A stretch of 64,000 nucleotides of DNA from Perna viridis. Its lineage: Eukaryota. How positions within the stretch are numbered: the stretch's first letter is position 1; each line of letters begins with the position of its first letter. A program made the translations under genes and the position numbers. The stretch spans positions 1,426,001 through 1,490,000 of the forward strand of contig CM074518.1 of the NCBI GenBank assembly GCA_037379345.1. Direction: 5' to 3'. Positions 40,801-55,800 of this stretch are shown here, piece after piece. The notes beneath the pieces were generated by a model that was given only the letters and a program-made list of their open reading frames with translations, was not told the DNA's origin and made no database searches.

Positions 40801-43800
40801 CCAAGCTGGCCTTTTTTCTTGCCGTCTTTTGATGGTTCATATTTATTGACAATCTCTATACATTTTTCTTTAGTGACTCTTGTCATCTGAAATGAATAGA
40901 ACAGCATAAACTAATTTTATTGATACCTCTATTGAAATATGTTACTTCTATTATGCCAATATATTTTGCAGAAACAATGATGCAAGACAAAATAAAAACC
41001 CGTTTCTTAATCAAACATTCCGTATCGATTCTGTTCAGTATTATAGGAGTAATCAAGGGAACCAAGGTTATAGCGGTAATCAAAAGAATGTAATCCAGGG
41101 ACAAAGACCAGACATGGAAAACAGACATACACAACAAAGAACATAAAGTAACTAAAATCATACATACAAAGTAACAAAGCAAATGAGCAACTCGAACATG
41201 TAAGGAGTGGTTAAATCATTTTACCACTCAAGATAGTAAAGTGAGCTTAAGGGAACATGTTAAAACCTGAATATTACCATACAGAGTGAAGAAATGGTTA
41301 AAATCAAGACTAGAGTGAAGGACAATCAGTTATCCATGAAATCTAAAGAAAACTCAGAATATGTAAAATGTTGGGAAACTGCTTGTAGAAAAGTAATCAC
41401 TACCCAGTGGAGTGTTACAAGCATTTTTAATCACTGGCTTAGATTAGCAGAAAAAAGTTCCATAAGGACTCATTACTCCATCTGTAACCTGAAGTACCAA
41501 GATAACCAAAGAAAATTAAAACAACCCAGAATGAAATACAATACATAAAAGCAACTTTATTTTAAGTATCCATGTTATTTACACAGAGAAATGTTCCAAC
41601 AGAAGGAAAATTTAAAATTACTGAAAGAGTTATACAGCACTAATACCAATACATATTCATCACTGTTTAAACAAAATTTCAGATAAACATGACTCCCACA
41701 ATAAAGAACTTTGCTGACCCAGAATGATACAACCGCAGCATGTCAAACTGTTCATTTGAGGTAAGTGTGGACATAATATTGACACAAGAATAGGTACTTA
41801 CAGTTCATCAAGGACAGAACAACTGGCTTGGACATAAAAAAAGCACAAAAATTTGAAAAAAAAGTTGGAGTTTTTTTTTGGGTGCTGCCCCTTTGGCACC
41901 TTATAGCTCAAAAACTGTAAGAGATATCTGAAATCTGATTTGAATAATGCAAGTGGGGAGATTTTCATAAGGAATCATATAAAAAGATTGGAATTGGACA
42001 ATAAATTAAAAGTAATTTATTGGGCAGGGCCTAGTTTTGAACCCCTTTTACCCAAAAGAGTTAAAGGTATGCCTGCCCTATTTAACAATTTTTAAAAGAA
42101 AATTTCAAAAAGAACAGGTGGTTATCAGCATCATAAAAATTGGATCAATAACAAACTTTTCCTATCAATTCTAATGATAACACCCATTCCCCCCTCACAA
42201 CCCCTTATTTCCAAAAGGGGAGGGGTGAAAACCTCTAAAAACTATAGGGCTCTCCCCCATGTCCCTAGGAATAATGTGTATTAATTTCAATAAGATGGGT
42301 TTAGTTTCACTTAAGTTATCTTAAATAAACTAATGTTAAGGGACGCCAACAATTCTGATGACAGGGTGATACCGTTATACAACTGGAAAACTTCTTTGCG
42401 GTTGTATAATTATTATATGACAATAGAATGTTCAAAACCTTTGACGAAGTTCTGACTGAAATTAAGTTCAAACTGAAAAATAAAGGTGAACCTATATCAC
42501 ACTTGATGACCAATGTTAAGGATGATACAATTGTACAAATGGCAAAAAGATTGATGGCTGAAGTTTTAGATGTTAAATCTTAATTAGCTATTTCACAGCA
42601 TTAAACTCATACCTCTGTCAAAATGTGGCAATTTTAAGATTTCAATGCATTCTGTTTCAGATCTATGGAATAGTGCCAAAATATTACCAGAAAACTAGAA
42701 AATCCTGCTACTTAAAATATTAAAGAATCTTTATCAGAAATTAACAGAAACAAACAAAGTAAGCAGTTTCCTAAAGTGCACTGCAATTACCCCGACAGAA
42801 ACTTACTTACTGACCTTTGGAACATAATTATATAATAGTGTTTCTGATGAACATAAAAATATCAGTGAAAATTATTAGCACTGACAGTGCTCTTTGATGT
42901 CTGATCAGCTCAACTTGTCATGTGATCAAAAATCAGGTACAGTTTAATTCCAACAACAACTTCAGAGTCATTAACTATTAACATTGGGATGGATTGTATT
43001 TAATAACCTGGCAAAGAAACATCAAATGAAAACTAATACTACACATGTATTGGCTCTAGTGCTGATATAGTTATATTAGCCCTGTCATATTATGTCACAT
43101 TAGTTTGAAAGTGTTGCCAGCTATTCTTAAAAGCTGTCTATCTTTATAAGAGTGGGTGTATGACATGATTTAAAACAGTTTGTTTCGCAGGAAATACTAT
43201 CTGCTGGCTCACTCAATTTCATAGTAAAGATCTACAACTATGATCTGTAAGCTCATTCAAACTTAGTGTAAAGAAAAAAATACTATTAGACTCACTCAAC
43301 TTAGGAGTAAAGAACTAGAAATACTGTCAGCAGGCTCACTCAACTTCAGAGTGAAGATCTATAAATACTGTCAGAAGGCTCACTCAACTTCAGAGTGAAG
43401 ATCTATAAATACTGTCAGCAGCCTTACTCAACTTCAGAAAGAAAATAATTATAAATACTGTCAATAGGCTCACTCAACTGCAGAGTAAAAGATCTAAAAA
43501 ATACTTCCAGCAACACTGTATTTAATTACATTTTACTTTAAAAAAAAAAACAACAAAACAGTTTACTATTCTATGACAAAAGCGAAGCTAATTAATGAAC
43601 CGCAGTGATATATGTCTGATTTAATCTGCCTGTTTAACCAAGAGGGCAAGAAGTACATTAGTACACAAGTTTCTAGTTCTGTGATTTTAAGAAAGCATTT
43701 TTTACAACCAAACTAAACCGATATTGCTGTTTACAGTGACTGATGGCAAATACAGAATCTGTGAAAAAAAGCCATTTACAGGCTAATGTGAAATTAAAGT

Positions 43801-46800
43801 TTCATATGTTAATCAGTCTTCTGATACAAAACTTTTCTGCCATAAATAAATATTTTTCCCAGTTCTGGGGTCTAATTTAAAGTAAAATAAGCCTATACCG
43901 GGACTTTTCAGTTTATCATTCATTTATCCAGTCATAATGCCAAAATCCAATATTTCTTATCTACCCCTAAAAATTTAGGTGTGTCAGATGAGGAAAATAT
44001 ACAGTCAGAACATACATCTCAGCATGTCGAGGGAGGTAAAGTACAGAATATACAGTCAGAACATACATCTCAGCAGATCGAGGGAGGTAAAGTACAAAAT
44101 ATACAGTCAACACATACATCTCAGCACGTCGAGGGGGGGTAAAGTACATAATATACAGTCAACACATACATCTCAGCACGTAGAGGGGGGTAAAGTACAT
44201 AATATACAGTCAACACATACATCTCAGCATGTCGAAGGGGGTAAAGTACATAATATACAGTCAACACATACACCTCAGCACGTCAAGGGGGGTAAAGTAC
44301 ATAATATACAGTTAGAACATACATCTCATCACGTAGAGGGGGGTAAAGTACATAATATACAGTCAACACATACATCTCAGCACGTCGAGGGGGGGTAAAG
44401 TACATAATATACAGTCAACACATACACCTCAGCACGTCAAGGGGGGTAAAGTACATAATATACAGTTAGAACATACATCTCATCACGTTGAGGGGGGTAA
44501 AGTACATAATATACAGTCAACACATACATCTCAGCACGTCGAGGGGGGGTAAAGTACATAATATACAGTCAACACATACATCTCAGCACGTCGAAGGGGG
44601 TAAAGTACATAATATACAGTCAACACATACATCTCAGCATGTCGAGGGAGGTAAAGTACATAATATACAGTCAACACATACATCTCAGCACGTCGAGGGG
44701 GGTAAAGTACATAATATACAGTCAACACATACATCTCAGCATGTCAAGGGAGGTAAAGTACATAATATACAGTCAACACATACATCTCAGCACGTCGAAG
44801 GGGGTAAAGTACATAATATACAGTCAACACATACATCTCAGCACGTCGAGGAGGGTAAAGTACATAATATATCTTACCTGCTGGTAGCATTTACAAACAT
44901 CTTACCAGCAGATAACATTTACAAACATCTTACCAGCAGATATCATTTACAAACATCTTACTAGCAGGTAGCATTTACAAACATCTGACCAGCAGATAGC
45001 ATTTACAAACATCTTACCTGCTGGTAGCATTTACAAACATCTTACCAGCAGATAACATTTACAAACATCTTACCAGCAGATAACATTTACAAACATCTTA
45101 CCAGCAGATATCATTTACAAACATCTTACTAGCAGGTAGCATTTACAAACATCTGACCAGCAGATAACATTTACAAACATCTTACCAGCAGATAACATTT
45201 ACAAACATCTTACCAGCAGATATCATTTACAAACATCTTACCTGCTGGTAGCATTTACAAACATCTTACCAGCAGATATCATTTACAAACATCTTACCTG
45301 CTGGTAGCATTTACAAACATCTTACCAGCAGATAACATTTACAAACATCTTACCAGCAGATATCATTTACAAACATCTTACTAGCAGGTAGCATTTACAA
45401 ACATCTGACCAGCAGATAGCATTTACAAACATCTTACCTGCTGGTAGCATTTACAAACATCTTACCAGCAGATAACATTTACAAACATCTTACCAGCAGA
45501 TAACATTTACAAACATCTTACCAGCAGATATCATTTACAAACATCTTACTAGCAGGTAGCATTTACAAACATCTGACCAGCAGATAACATTACCAGCAGA
45601 TAACATTTACAAACATCTTACCAGCAGATATCATTTACAAACATCTTACCTGCTGGTAGCATTTACAAACATCTTACCAGCAGATAGCATTTACAAACAT
45701 CTTACCTGCTGGTAGCATTTACAAACATCTTACCAGTAGATAACATTTACAAACATTTTACCTGTAGATTTATAATTCAAAACAACAACACATTAAGACA
45801 AATTGCACCAATTTAAATTGCATACAAATTGGAGAAAAAAAAACTAATCCATTAGTTAGTTACACCCAGCTTGTTTTAGAATGTAATTGTTAAATATCAG
45901 TCTCTATCAAAGAGATGCAAGGACAGTCAGAGAGAATTATTCTAAGCCACTTCTAAACAGACAAACATATTACTCAGTACTTTAATCAGTCTTTACAATG
46001 TTTGTTTACAGAATTTAAGTTGACTACGCAATAAGTATAACTCTTACATTTTATATAACAGTCTTGTCTTGACAAACCTATTTAAAAAGTTATGAAGCAG
46101 CTGTGAACGAGCTTGCTGATACTTCCATGAGCAAGCAACATGATGCTATTTAAAATCCTTACATTGGATTATCCACCTTGATCTCAATAATTGCTACACT
46201 TATATCTCTATCCTCTGTATTGTTTCATCAAAAACCAAACCAGTGAAGTTGCACTTACAAGTTTCAAAATATGAGCACTTCAAGTGACATTACATGGTTA
46301 GGATTGCTATCTCTGCAGTACAACTGATTTGATGGAATATTTCACTACAGATAGAACCTGCCAGATAGTTAGAAAGACTGATATTTCTGCAGCATTTTGT
46401 AATTGATTTTGATGGAATATATCAGTACAGATAGAACCAGCCAGATCGTTAGGTAGACTGATATACCTGCAGTATTTTGATGGAGTATTTCAGTACATAT
46501 AGACTTTGAAGCAATCATGGTTAATTTTTATCACAGAAACTTCAGTAAACAACATCTCAGTAAAGATTCATGTTTTTATTTAACAAATCAATAAGTTAAA
46601 TATTTAAACATGATTAGCTGAAAGGTGTTTTATTCATTATCAGGAATGAAGTAAATGGGAGATTGGTTCTATCTTATATTTCAGGTAATTACTGATAAGG
46701 TATAATCTCCATTTGGTGTCAAACACATTAAATACATACAAGGGGAACATAGAAGTAAAAATGAACTTTTGCCATTCAATGACTAACACAGAAGACTACT

Positions 46801-49800
46801 TTTATGTGAATCCTACTAGAACTAACAAAAAAATACTCTCTGCATGGGCAGTGATTGATCAATTAGCATATGTCTAAACCTGAACAGTCTGGGACAAGTA
46901 TTGACATTTCATTCAAGCTTGATACATCTCTGAAAATAGATTAAAATTCAATATTTGACACAGTAGGTTTCTTTCACAGAACATATGTATTCAAAAACAC
47001 TAAGCCCTGTGTGGGTCAGGGTGTCCAAAGAATAGTCCCGCAGCAGCGCTAAGCTTTTCGTAAATAGCAAAAAATTAAATAGTGCTCAGAACCCTGGCCG
47101 GGCGCTAGGGTGCTCTGCTATCAGAGCATTTGGGTTGTGTGCCTCAGGTGGTGGAATGGGGTACCCATGACATGTTACATGGTGGGGTTGTCAGGCTATA
47201 ATATGGAAAACCTGACTGCAAACCATAGTGGTGCAACTTGTTGAGAAAGATGCCACGTTCCTAGCATCTAAAAGAACCCTTCTACAGTATTCTCCAGGAG
47301 TAGGAACTGTAAGGCTCCACCACAGGAGGCTAAATTGCCAGACCCAACCCATCCCTCCCTACTTCCAGTGGCAATCAAAATTTGTCGACCCCATTATCCT
47401 AGTGTCCAATCCCATTCCATTGTCATTTCATGTTAATTTTATCACCCATTTCATGTTATCACCTGAATATAGCTGAAATATCACTGCTCAGGTGTTCAAC
47501 CCCAACAACAACAAACAATCAAAGATATATAAAAAATTTTGTGACTTATACATATTAAGGTTCAAAATAAAAAATCTTAATACATCCGTAATTTCAGCAC
47601 ATCAATGAACATGAAGATTTCATCTTAATTACTTACTGAATTTGAATTAAGTTTAATTTTGGACCTCTTGTACCTCAATGGGACCCCAAAATTTAAAATC
47701 TAAATACATGGTTACAGTGAACAAATGGACCCTTCAGAAGTAAATGTGGACCCATTTATAAACAGTGCACAATATGAAAAAAAAAAAGAATTTAATACAG
47801 CAATTTGGTATCAAAGAACCCAAAGAACTCAAATTTAGTAGATATCAAATACACTATGATTTTTATCATAAAAAAAGCCGCATTGTGAGCCAAACTGAAA
47901 ATGGGACAAAAATTTAGATATCTAAATACTTATTAAGATTATCCCAATAAATCATTTTTTCAAGGTTTGCTTTGGATCCCAATTTTGAAAATCTAATCAA
48001 AAGTCCAATTTCTACATGTACAATAATTAAATAAAGTAAATAACAAGCATCACTGAGTGCAGCAATAATTTACAAATGTGGACACAATATAATATATATA
48101 GGGACTAACAGTTCATTATGGACACAACGACTGGTTCGGGTACAATATTGCACAATATTTTGAAATTCAATCTAAGTAAAAAGTTCTACTTTCAGGGTGC
48201 TTTCATCAATCACTTAGTATCACACTATCTTAAAACAGTTAATCATAAAGTAAATTTGCCAGCATACTTCTTATATCCCTAGTAATGAGGAACAGTTTAC
48301 ACAAACAAAATTCATTAAAATAAAATGAAAAATGTTTTAAAATACAGTCTTTTTGACCCCTTTATTCCCTGGTTACTAAAAAAAAATTGAAAATGCAGGT
48401 GTAGAAATCCGAAAGGATTCCAATGAAAAAAAAATCAAAATCTGAAAAAAAAAAGGCTCTGAAGAGCCTGAATACTTCATCTGGTGTAATCAGCCACATT
48501 TTATTTTTTGTATTTATTTTCTTGAATAAAAATTCCTAACACTCATACCTAAGGAACAATCATATCAACTTTCATTGAATTCTATCCAGAAGTTTCACAG
48601 GAGAAAATTTTTGAAAGTAATAACATAAAACACACACACACAAAACATCCAAAAAAGGGCAATACTTCATGCACAGTTACAAACCCTTTACAAACTTCAT
48701 ATAGTTGCATCAAAACCAACAGTTTGGAAACTACAGTTACAGCTTTGGAACAGGAAAACCCATAGAAATACATGCTGCATTACCTAGCTTCTGACACTAT
48801 TTAAAGGTCATTGACATCAACACTACAGATATCATTAGGTTGGAATTAATAACAATATCCTTGAATAACAGAACCAACGTTTGAATACATTTTCCTCCCA
48901 AAAAGTGACCTTTTAAACTGCAATTCATCTGACAAACAAATGAAAATGAAGATTGAAATCAGCTACAATACTTTCTTCTAGAAAGTTTACAGGGTTTACA
49001 AGCTATATGTTTAAAGATTTTTTTGCCTATTAAAGAACAGTATGAGCTCGTCAGGAATTCTCATCATATAATTTGTGTACAGACCACGCCAAAGCATGAA
49101 TACCATTTACTTTACTTCTCAATAGCTTGACAGGCTTTAGCTGACCTTGAAACTGAACCAGAAAATAGATAATAATTGTGGCAGAACAATTAACACCATG
49201 GGTTCATTTGCCAAATATTCATTTCTGAAAATATCACAAAATGCCAAAATATTACCAATAGATAAAATTCCTTGGTTAAGTGTAAGGTTATATTACTAGT
49301 TTTCACTTTATATCACATAACCTATTAATGACTTAAATGTTATCCAGCTGTAGTACTACTACCGTCTGGTAAACCAGAAAAGTCTATACCCTCCCCCATC
49401 CTCCAAAAATGACAACATAATACAGAAATCTTAGTAGTAGGCTAGGTAAAAAACTGAAGAAAAAAAAGACTTTAGGAATTAAAATAATCAATGAAATTCC
49501 GATATTTTTTAACCTAGTTGGGTCATTGCCTCTTTGACATATTACTGAAATCCATTCTTGTTATATTCAAAAGTGCTATGTACATGAAACCTTTGAAGTG
49601 TGTAAGGTTGAGTGAATGTCCTCAGTGGCTTCATGGTTTCTTGCAAATAACAGAAATTTTTAAACAAATTCAACAACAGGTAATATAAAGCTATAATTTG
49701 TATATAGAAACATCTTAAAAACATATCTATTCATTATATCACCAAACACCTAATCATTTCCTTCCAAGGAATGCTGAAAAATCTGAGAAAGAAAATAAAG

Positions 49801-52800
49801 CCTTTCATACTCCAACCATACATGTTATGTTTCTCAAAAATTATAACTCAGAAGTCTATACATATATTGTAACTTAGATTTTTAAAAATAGGATTTTACA
49901 AACTTCAGCACAAGGTTTTTATCAGTGAATAACTTGAGAAGGGAGGAAATAATTTGACAGTCAATATACAATGAAGTTTATAGTGGTGCTGTCTTAATTA
50001 ATCAATCTATTTATAGAAGTCCTAATGTAATATATAGATCTATTAAATATTACTAAATATGATTGATTTTAGGTGACAGGAATTTGACAGGCAATGATAA
50101 GGCTAATTGTACTACAATGTTAAAAGAAGAAAGAGATAGTAGTAAGTCCCTGGACTGTCAGGCAAAATTAACTAATCAATAACCATGTTACAAATCATAC
50201 TTTAACGAGATCAAATGGATTTGAAAATTTCTTAGGTGAACAAAGCAGCGTCATAAAGATGACATATTGACAGCAAAACAATTCACATGCCTGATGTCTA
50301 AATGGTAGGGGTATAAAGATTGGCCACACAAACCTAAATAACTGCACACAAAACTTCACATGCCTGATGTCTAAATGGTAGGGTATAAAGATTGGCCAGA
50401 CAAACCTCAATAACTACATACAAAACTTCACATGCCTGATGTCTAAATGGTAGGGGTATAAAGATTGGCCAGACAAACCTCAATAACTGCATACAAAACT
50501 TCACATGCCTGACGTCTAAATGGTAGGGGGTATAAAGATTGGCCAGACAAACCTCAATAACTGCATACAAAACTTCACATGCCTGACGTCTAAATGGTAG
50601 GGGTATAAAGATTGGCCAGACAAACCTCAATAACTACACACAAAACTTCTATACAGCTTCAACCTAAACGCCTTAAATCTTCCTGATGAACAGGGCTGAT
50701 GATACTAGCTGTATCATCCTGTAGACTTTCCACAGATCAACACTTGTCATCTATGATAATTGAAGCCTACTGTGAAAACAAGTTGATATACCAAAACTTA
50801 TATTTTGTAAATTTTTCACTTGAAAGGCAATGACAGAGTAGATACATTTTTAACAGTTGCCATAGTTTCCAACCAACAACTTGCATCTGTTAGATATTCT
50901 TCCTCTTTCATCAAACCCTTCCTCAGAGTTCACCCTGGTTTCCTTAAGTTTATGCTGATTTTTCTTCAGTGTACATTTTTAAAAAGAATTCTTCAGCATC
51001 GTGGAATATGTTCTCTAGTGTTGTTGGATCTGTACTTCACTGTTAGGTATCTTTTCTTCACTGTTGTGGGATCTGTACTTCAGTATTCAGGTGTCTTTTC
51101 TTCAGTGTTGTGGGATCTGTACTTCAGTGTCCTGGTGTCTTTTATTCAGTATTGTGGGATCTGTACTTCAATGTTCTGGTGTCTTTTCTTCAGTGTTGTG
51201 AGATGGATCTGTTCTTCAGTGTTGTGGGATCTGTACTTCAGTGTCCTGGTGTCTTTTATTCAGTATTGTGGGATCTGTACTTCAGTGTTCTGGTGTCTTT
51301 TCTTCAGTGTTGTGAGATGGATCTGTACTTCAGTGTTGTGGGATCAGTACTTCTGTGTTCTGGTATCTTTTATTCAATACCCAAAAAAACATTTTTACAA
51401 CAAAACATTTTCCAATTTAATTACTTGTTCTATGGTTTACATAAGACAGAGATTAATAGCAATGGACAGACCTATACAGACATATGTCATGACAAACTAA
51501 TATATCACATGTTATAATCAGGAAACTCTCACACCCTTGTCACCTCTAGCATAGTAATTATATCTTACCCCTTGTTCTGCTTCTAAAAATAGTAACAAAT
51601 CATCTGTTGTGAGGTAGTCTGCATTGCTGGCATATCTGTAAATAATTAGTAAAGAAAATAATCAATAAAGGAAAACATCATTATCACATCAGTATGACAG
51701 CATAGAAAGCAATGTGAGGGTTTAATGCCCTTTCATGCTATTGTTGACACTTGAATATAAAACCAAAACATCTATACCATCACTCTCAAATTGGTGAATG
51801 AGTAGCTTTAAAATGTAAATAAAGCTTAATACTGGAGTTAATTGCTGCTCTTATTGTGCTGGTCATACTGATAAGAAGATTCCAGTCTCTAAGTGACAAT
51901 GGAAGTTCAATAATACCTGCTTTTTATTAATATAGACATGGAATTTTCAAGGTTGTATAAACTTAATAAGGAACACTTTCTGACTAATAAAATAGTTCAT
52001 CATATAAAAGTTGGTAAGGAAAAACATTTTGAAGGGTTTAATAAAGTTAACATTGGGTTTTTAGTGTAATATTCTTATTGTTTATAAAGTGTTGAAGTCT
52101 ATAAAACAAATGAAGGAGACAAATTGTAGAAGTTTTTTTTTAATCTATAATAACAGCTATATAATGGCAGTATTCTGAGAAGTATTTATGGTCATGTTGG
52201 ACCTCCATAATAAAATATCACACAGACCATACTGTATATTGTAATAATATAAAGGTGTCACCTTAAAAGCTCCTGCTCTTTTTTTCTATTAAGGAGATCA
52301 TATTATTGCGCAAGTCATAAATATCGAAAGTAATCTGTTAAATATTCATGAAAATTAAATTGAAACAAAATAATTTCCTTTTCTTAATTAATTAGTCGAG
52401 ATTTATTATTAGGAAATTTTAATTTCTTGCGCCTATGGGTGCCACCATGATCGGTTGAACTCTGACGTCATGAAGTCGGTTTGTAAAGTGAAAGTAAATA
52501 GGTAATTGATTACGATGTCCGAAGAAATCGCAAATTTGGGACTTTCCCTCATAAATTCAACCCAAAATAAATAGAAGAAGAGATTGAGGCACAACATGTA
52601 AGCAAATGTCAGACATCATTGACGAACAACGGGATTTGCAGCCAGATGGCTAGTATTTGTAAAGAAAATCCTATGGCTACTTCCATGACTTTCGAAGAAT
52701 GTTCATGTTGTTGGTAAAAAAAAAAACTTTTAGAACATTTCTCTTTTATCATTCGTGCAATCATAAGCTTGACAAATCATCATGTTCTGGTGATTAAATA

Positions 52801-55800
52801 AACAGGATCGTAGAAATATTTACGGAATATTCTTTGTTGACATATTATTTGCAGTACTTGCACCAGTACCAAACTGACTTAGTGACGTCACGAGCCAATC
52901 GGAAGCTATCGGTAAAAATCAATAAAGTCTGCTTATGACCTTCCTTCAGATAGGAGAGTTCTGCAAGATGGTTATCCACTTATATTTCAAGGATTTCGAA
53001 CTTTGCATAGCCTTGAGCATTTTATAAAAGTGCATTTTGCATTAAAGGTTATTTATTTTTGTTTACATGGGTATGATTTATCATAAGAGCCTAACATACT
53101 GCAAAGGTGGTCTTTCCCTTTAATGGATTCTTATAACAGAGTTTTTGCCATGCAAAGTTGTCCTGCTTCGGTCATGTGACCAACAAGAACTCACAATGAT
53201 TCCTGGCAATATGTCAGGCCAAGTTACAGATAGAAAGTTTGCCAGTAGTACTAAACATACCAAAATAGTGCTTCTCTACCATATTTGCCAGCTCCCCACA
53301 GCATAATCAGGTTACAATACTCAAAGCATCATAACCTCATTTAAACCCTGATAATGTTCTGACAAAAGTAAAAAAGTAGATAGTCTTTATAGACAGTGTT
53401 GTTAATAAGGTTGACAGCCGTGGTTATGTTTGTTGGGAGAATATGTCTCCATTGTTATGAAGAATGGTTGCCATGGATACTCATGATCAAGACACAAGCT
53501 CAGGAAAATACCCATAGTTACTCATGTTGAAAATCAACAAAAAATCCACTGTGAGTAAGGCCAGAAGTGAAGGTTACATATGTTGACGACAAACAAACTT
53601 GCATTGTGACTAAGGAAATTGGCAAAGATTATCGTCATTGTAGACAATGAGACTCTAGCCTTACTTAAGGATAGAAGCCATGGTTACTTATGTTGATATT
53701 AGAGAGGAAGTGATATCTGTATTTGAACTATACTGCCAAGGAAGTGCAATAAGAATTATGATTAGACATTTCAATTTTCTTCCTGCTTACAAATGTGTCT
53801 GTACAGTATAACTATTTTAGGCTTTAATTATGGGTATTAGTGAGACAAGAAGTTTAATACCCATATCTATCCTGGATGTTTCCCATTCATTCTCAAGTAG
53901 CTCATGAAACACCTTCATTAGTTAAAGTTCTACATTAATGGGATTTGTATCAGACTTATTTCTAGTATAATGCAAGGCCTGAAGTTCAATGTCCTCTGTA
54001 ATGAATTATACATGTCCTAAAGTCTGGATGTGCCATTAGTAAGACTCACAGAATAAGTTAACTAATTTGGTCCAAAAATTCTGTTAAATCTATTTAATTG
54101 TTTGTTATATGATCCATTTCAACATATTTCTTACATGATAGCAGCCACTTACTCTTCCAAAGCACCTGGTCCATGCTCAATGTTTTATGGTAGAGGTCAA
54201 GTTGTATAATTACACTCTATATTTTGTCATTTATACTTAGTTACCTTTATAAATTAAATATTCATATTTTTGTCTTTCTCCTTTGAGATTATACAATGTA
54301 TTTTTGAATATTAAACTGAAATTGTTTCCACCTGATATTACTAACACAATCGAAAAGTATGTATTCAGAATTCCTGGCTTAAGATTAATATGTTAAAGAA
54401 TGAGGATAGCAGGCAAAAAGTATTTTCAGAAAAAAAAAGGATTTCTAAAAAATGTGTAGAAATAACAACTTGATCAATATCAAAGAAATACATGTATGTC
54501 AGTCTACAGAAATGAAAGCTTTTATGATCAAAAATCCCTTTGGAATAAAATAGATTTTGAATGACATAATTATCACTTTTGTCAAATAAAGTCCACAATT
54601 TTAGAATACATGTGCAAACATGAAGTATATCATCAAGTCTTGACTTTTTAATCCAGTCTACAATGTGGAATAATATTCAAACTTGTCCAGAAAGCAGATC
54701 TTAGATTCTATAAAATCAACACAATAGCTCAAGTGTTCCCACAGCCCTGTTAATTGTAAATCCATTCAACTCCTAAAAATTCTGATACAATTACATCATT
54801 TTGAAATGGCAATGAAAAAACTTAAAGATAGACAAAGAATACCATGTGTTGATTGTTGTGACGAGCTATAAGAATCTTAAGTAAACCTTAGCCCATCAGC
54901 TTCTCACATAAATATCTAGGATTTGTTTAGTTACATAACAGACCATATCACTGAAGGCACATGTTCCATGCTGATTTATACAAATAACATGGAAATGAAC
55001 TTGTGATTGATAAGGTACAGATTAGGCTGTAGACAGAATTACCGATACTCAATAGAACTCTATGCATCAGAAATAGTATAGAAAACATATGACAAAATCA
55101 GAGTCAGTCTATCAAGTTAAACCATCAACCACTTTGAAAATAAAAAAAACATTTGCACATATGTGCACATACCATATATATTTTTTTGGGATTTAGGCAT
55201 GGCAGGTGACTACTTGAGGGCAACACTTGATCACTAGAATGACTCCACAAACTAGATAACTGTGAGTTTAGTGACCACTTGCTGAAACACCCACTCTACT
55301 CCCTAGATAACTATGAGTTTAGTGAATACTTGTTGAAACACCCACTCTACTCCCTAGAAAACTGTGAGATTAGTGACCACATGTTGAAACACCCACTCTA
55401 CTCCCTAGAAAACTGCGAGTTAAGTGACCACTTGTTGATACACCCACTCTACTCCCTAGATAACTGTGAGTTTAGTGACCACTTGTTGATACACCCACTC
55501 TACTCCCTAGAAAACTGTGAGTTTAGTGACCACTTGTTGAAACGCCCACTCTACTCCCTAGAAACTATATAGGAAGGCATAAAATTCATTCAGATTGAAA
55601 TGTAAAACATTATCTGATAAAAAAAAATGTGTGGTAGTTAGCAGATAAAAACTAGGGACAGTAGATGGACTAAAAGAATGATCCATATTAACCTCCCACT
55701 TTCAAGCAGAGCATTATAAAAATAAAAAAGAAGCTGAGAACAGAAAACTGATTTCTAACCCAAACTAATAACTCATATAATGGCAGAATGGGACTAAACA

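Noticed and set aside
43967-44964. ORFs with ([17 protein letters not shown])n
   Set aside because: Translation of a minisatellite, with frames broken by variable G-runs.
50680-50730. CTGATGA motifs as a hammerhead ribozyme core
   Set aside because: No correctly placed GAAA or closing stems visible.
50820-51517. 226-aa hydrophobic ORF, the longest in the track
   Set aside because: Mostly a tandem repeat, antisense within a PLCL intron; no recognisable domain.
53150-54100. Possible decayed retroelement (GISETR-like motif); likewise 35630-36300
   Set aside because: Composition looks formerly coding but no second supporting motif was found.
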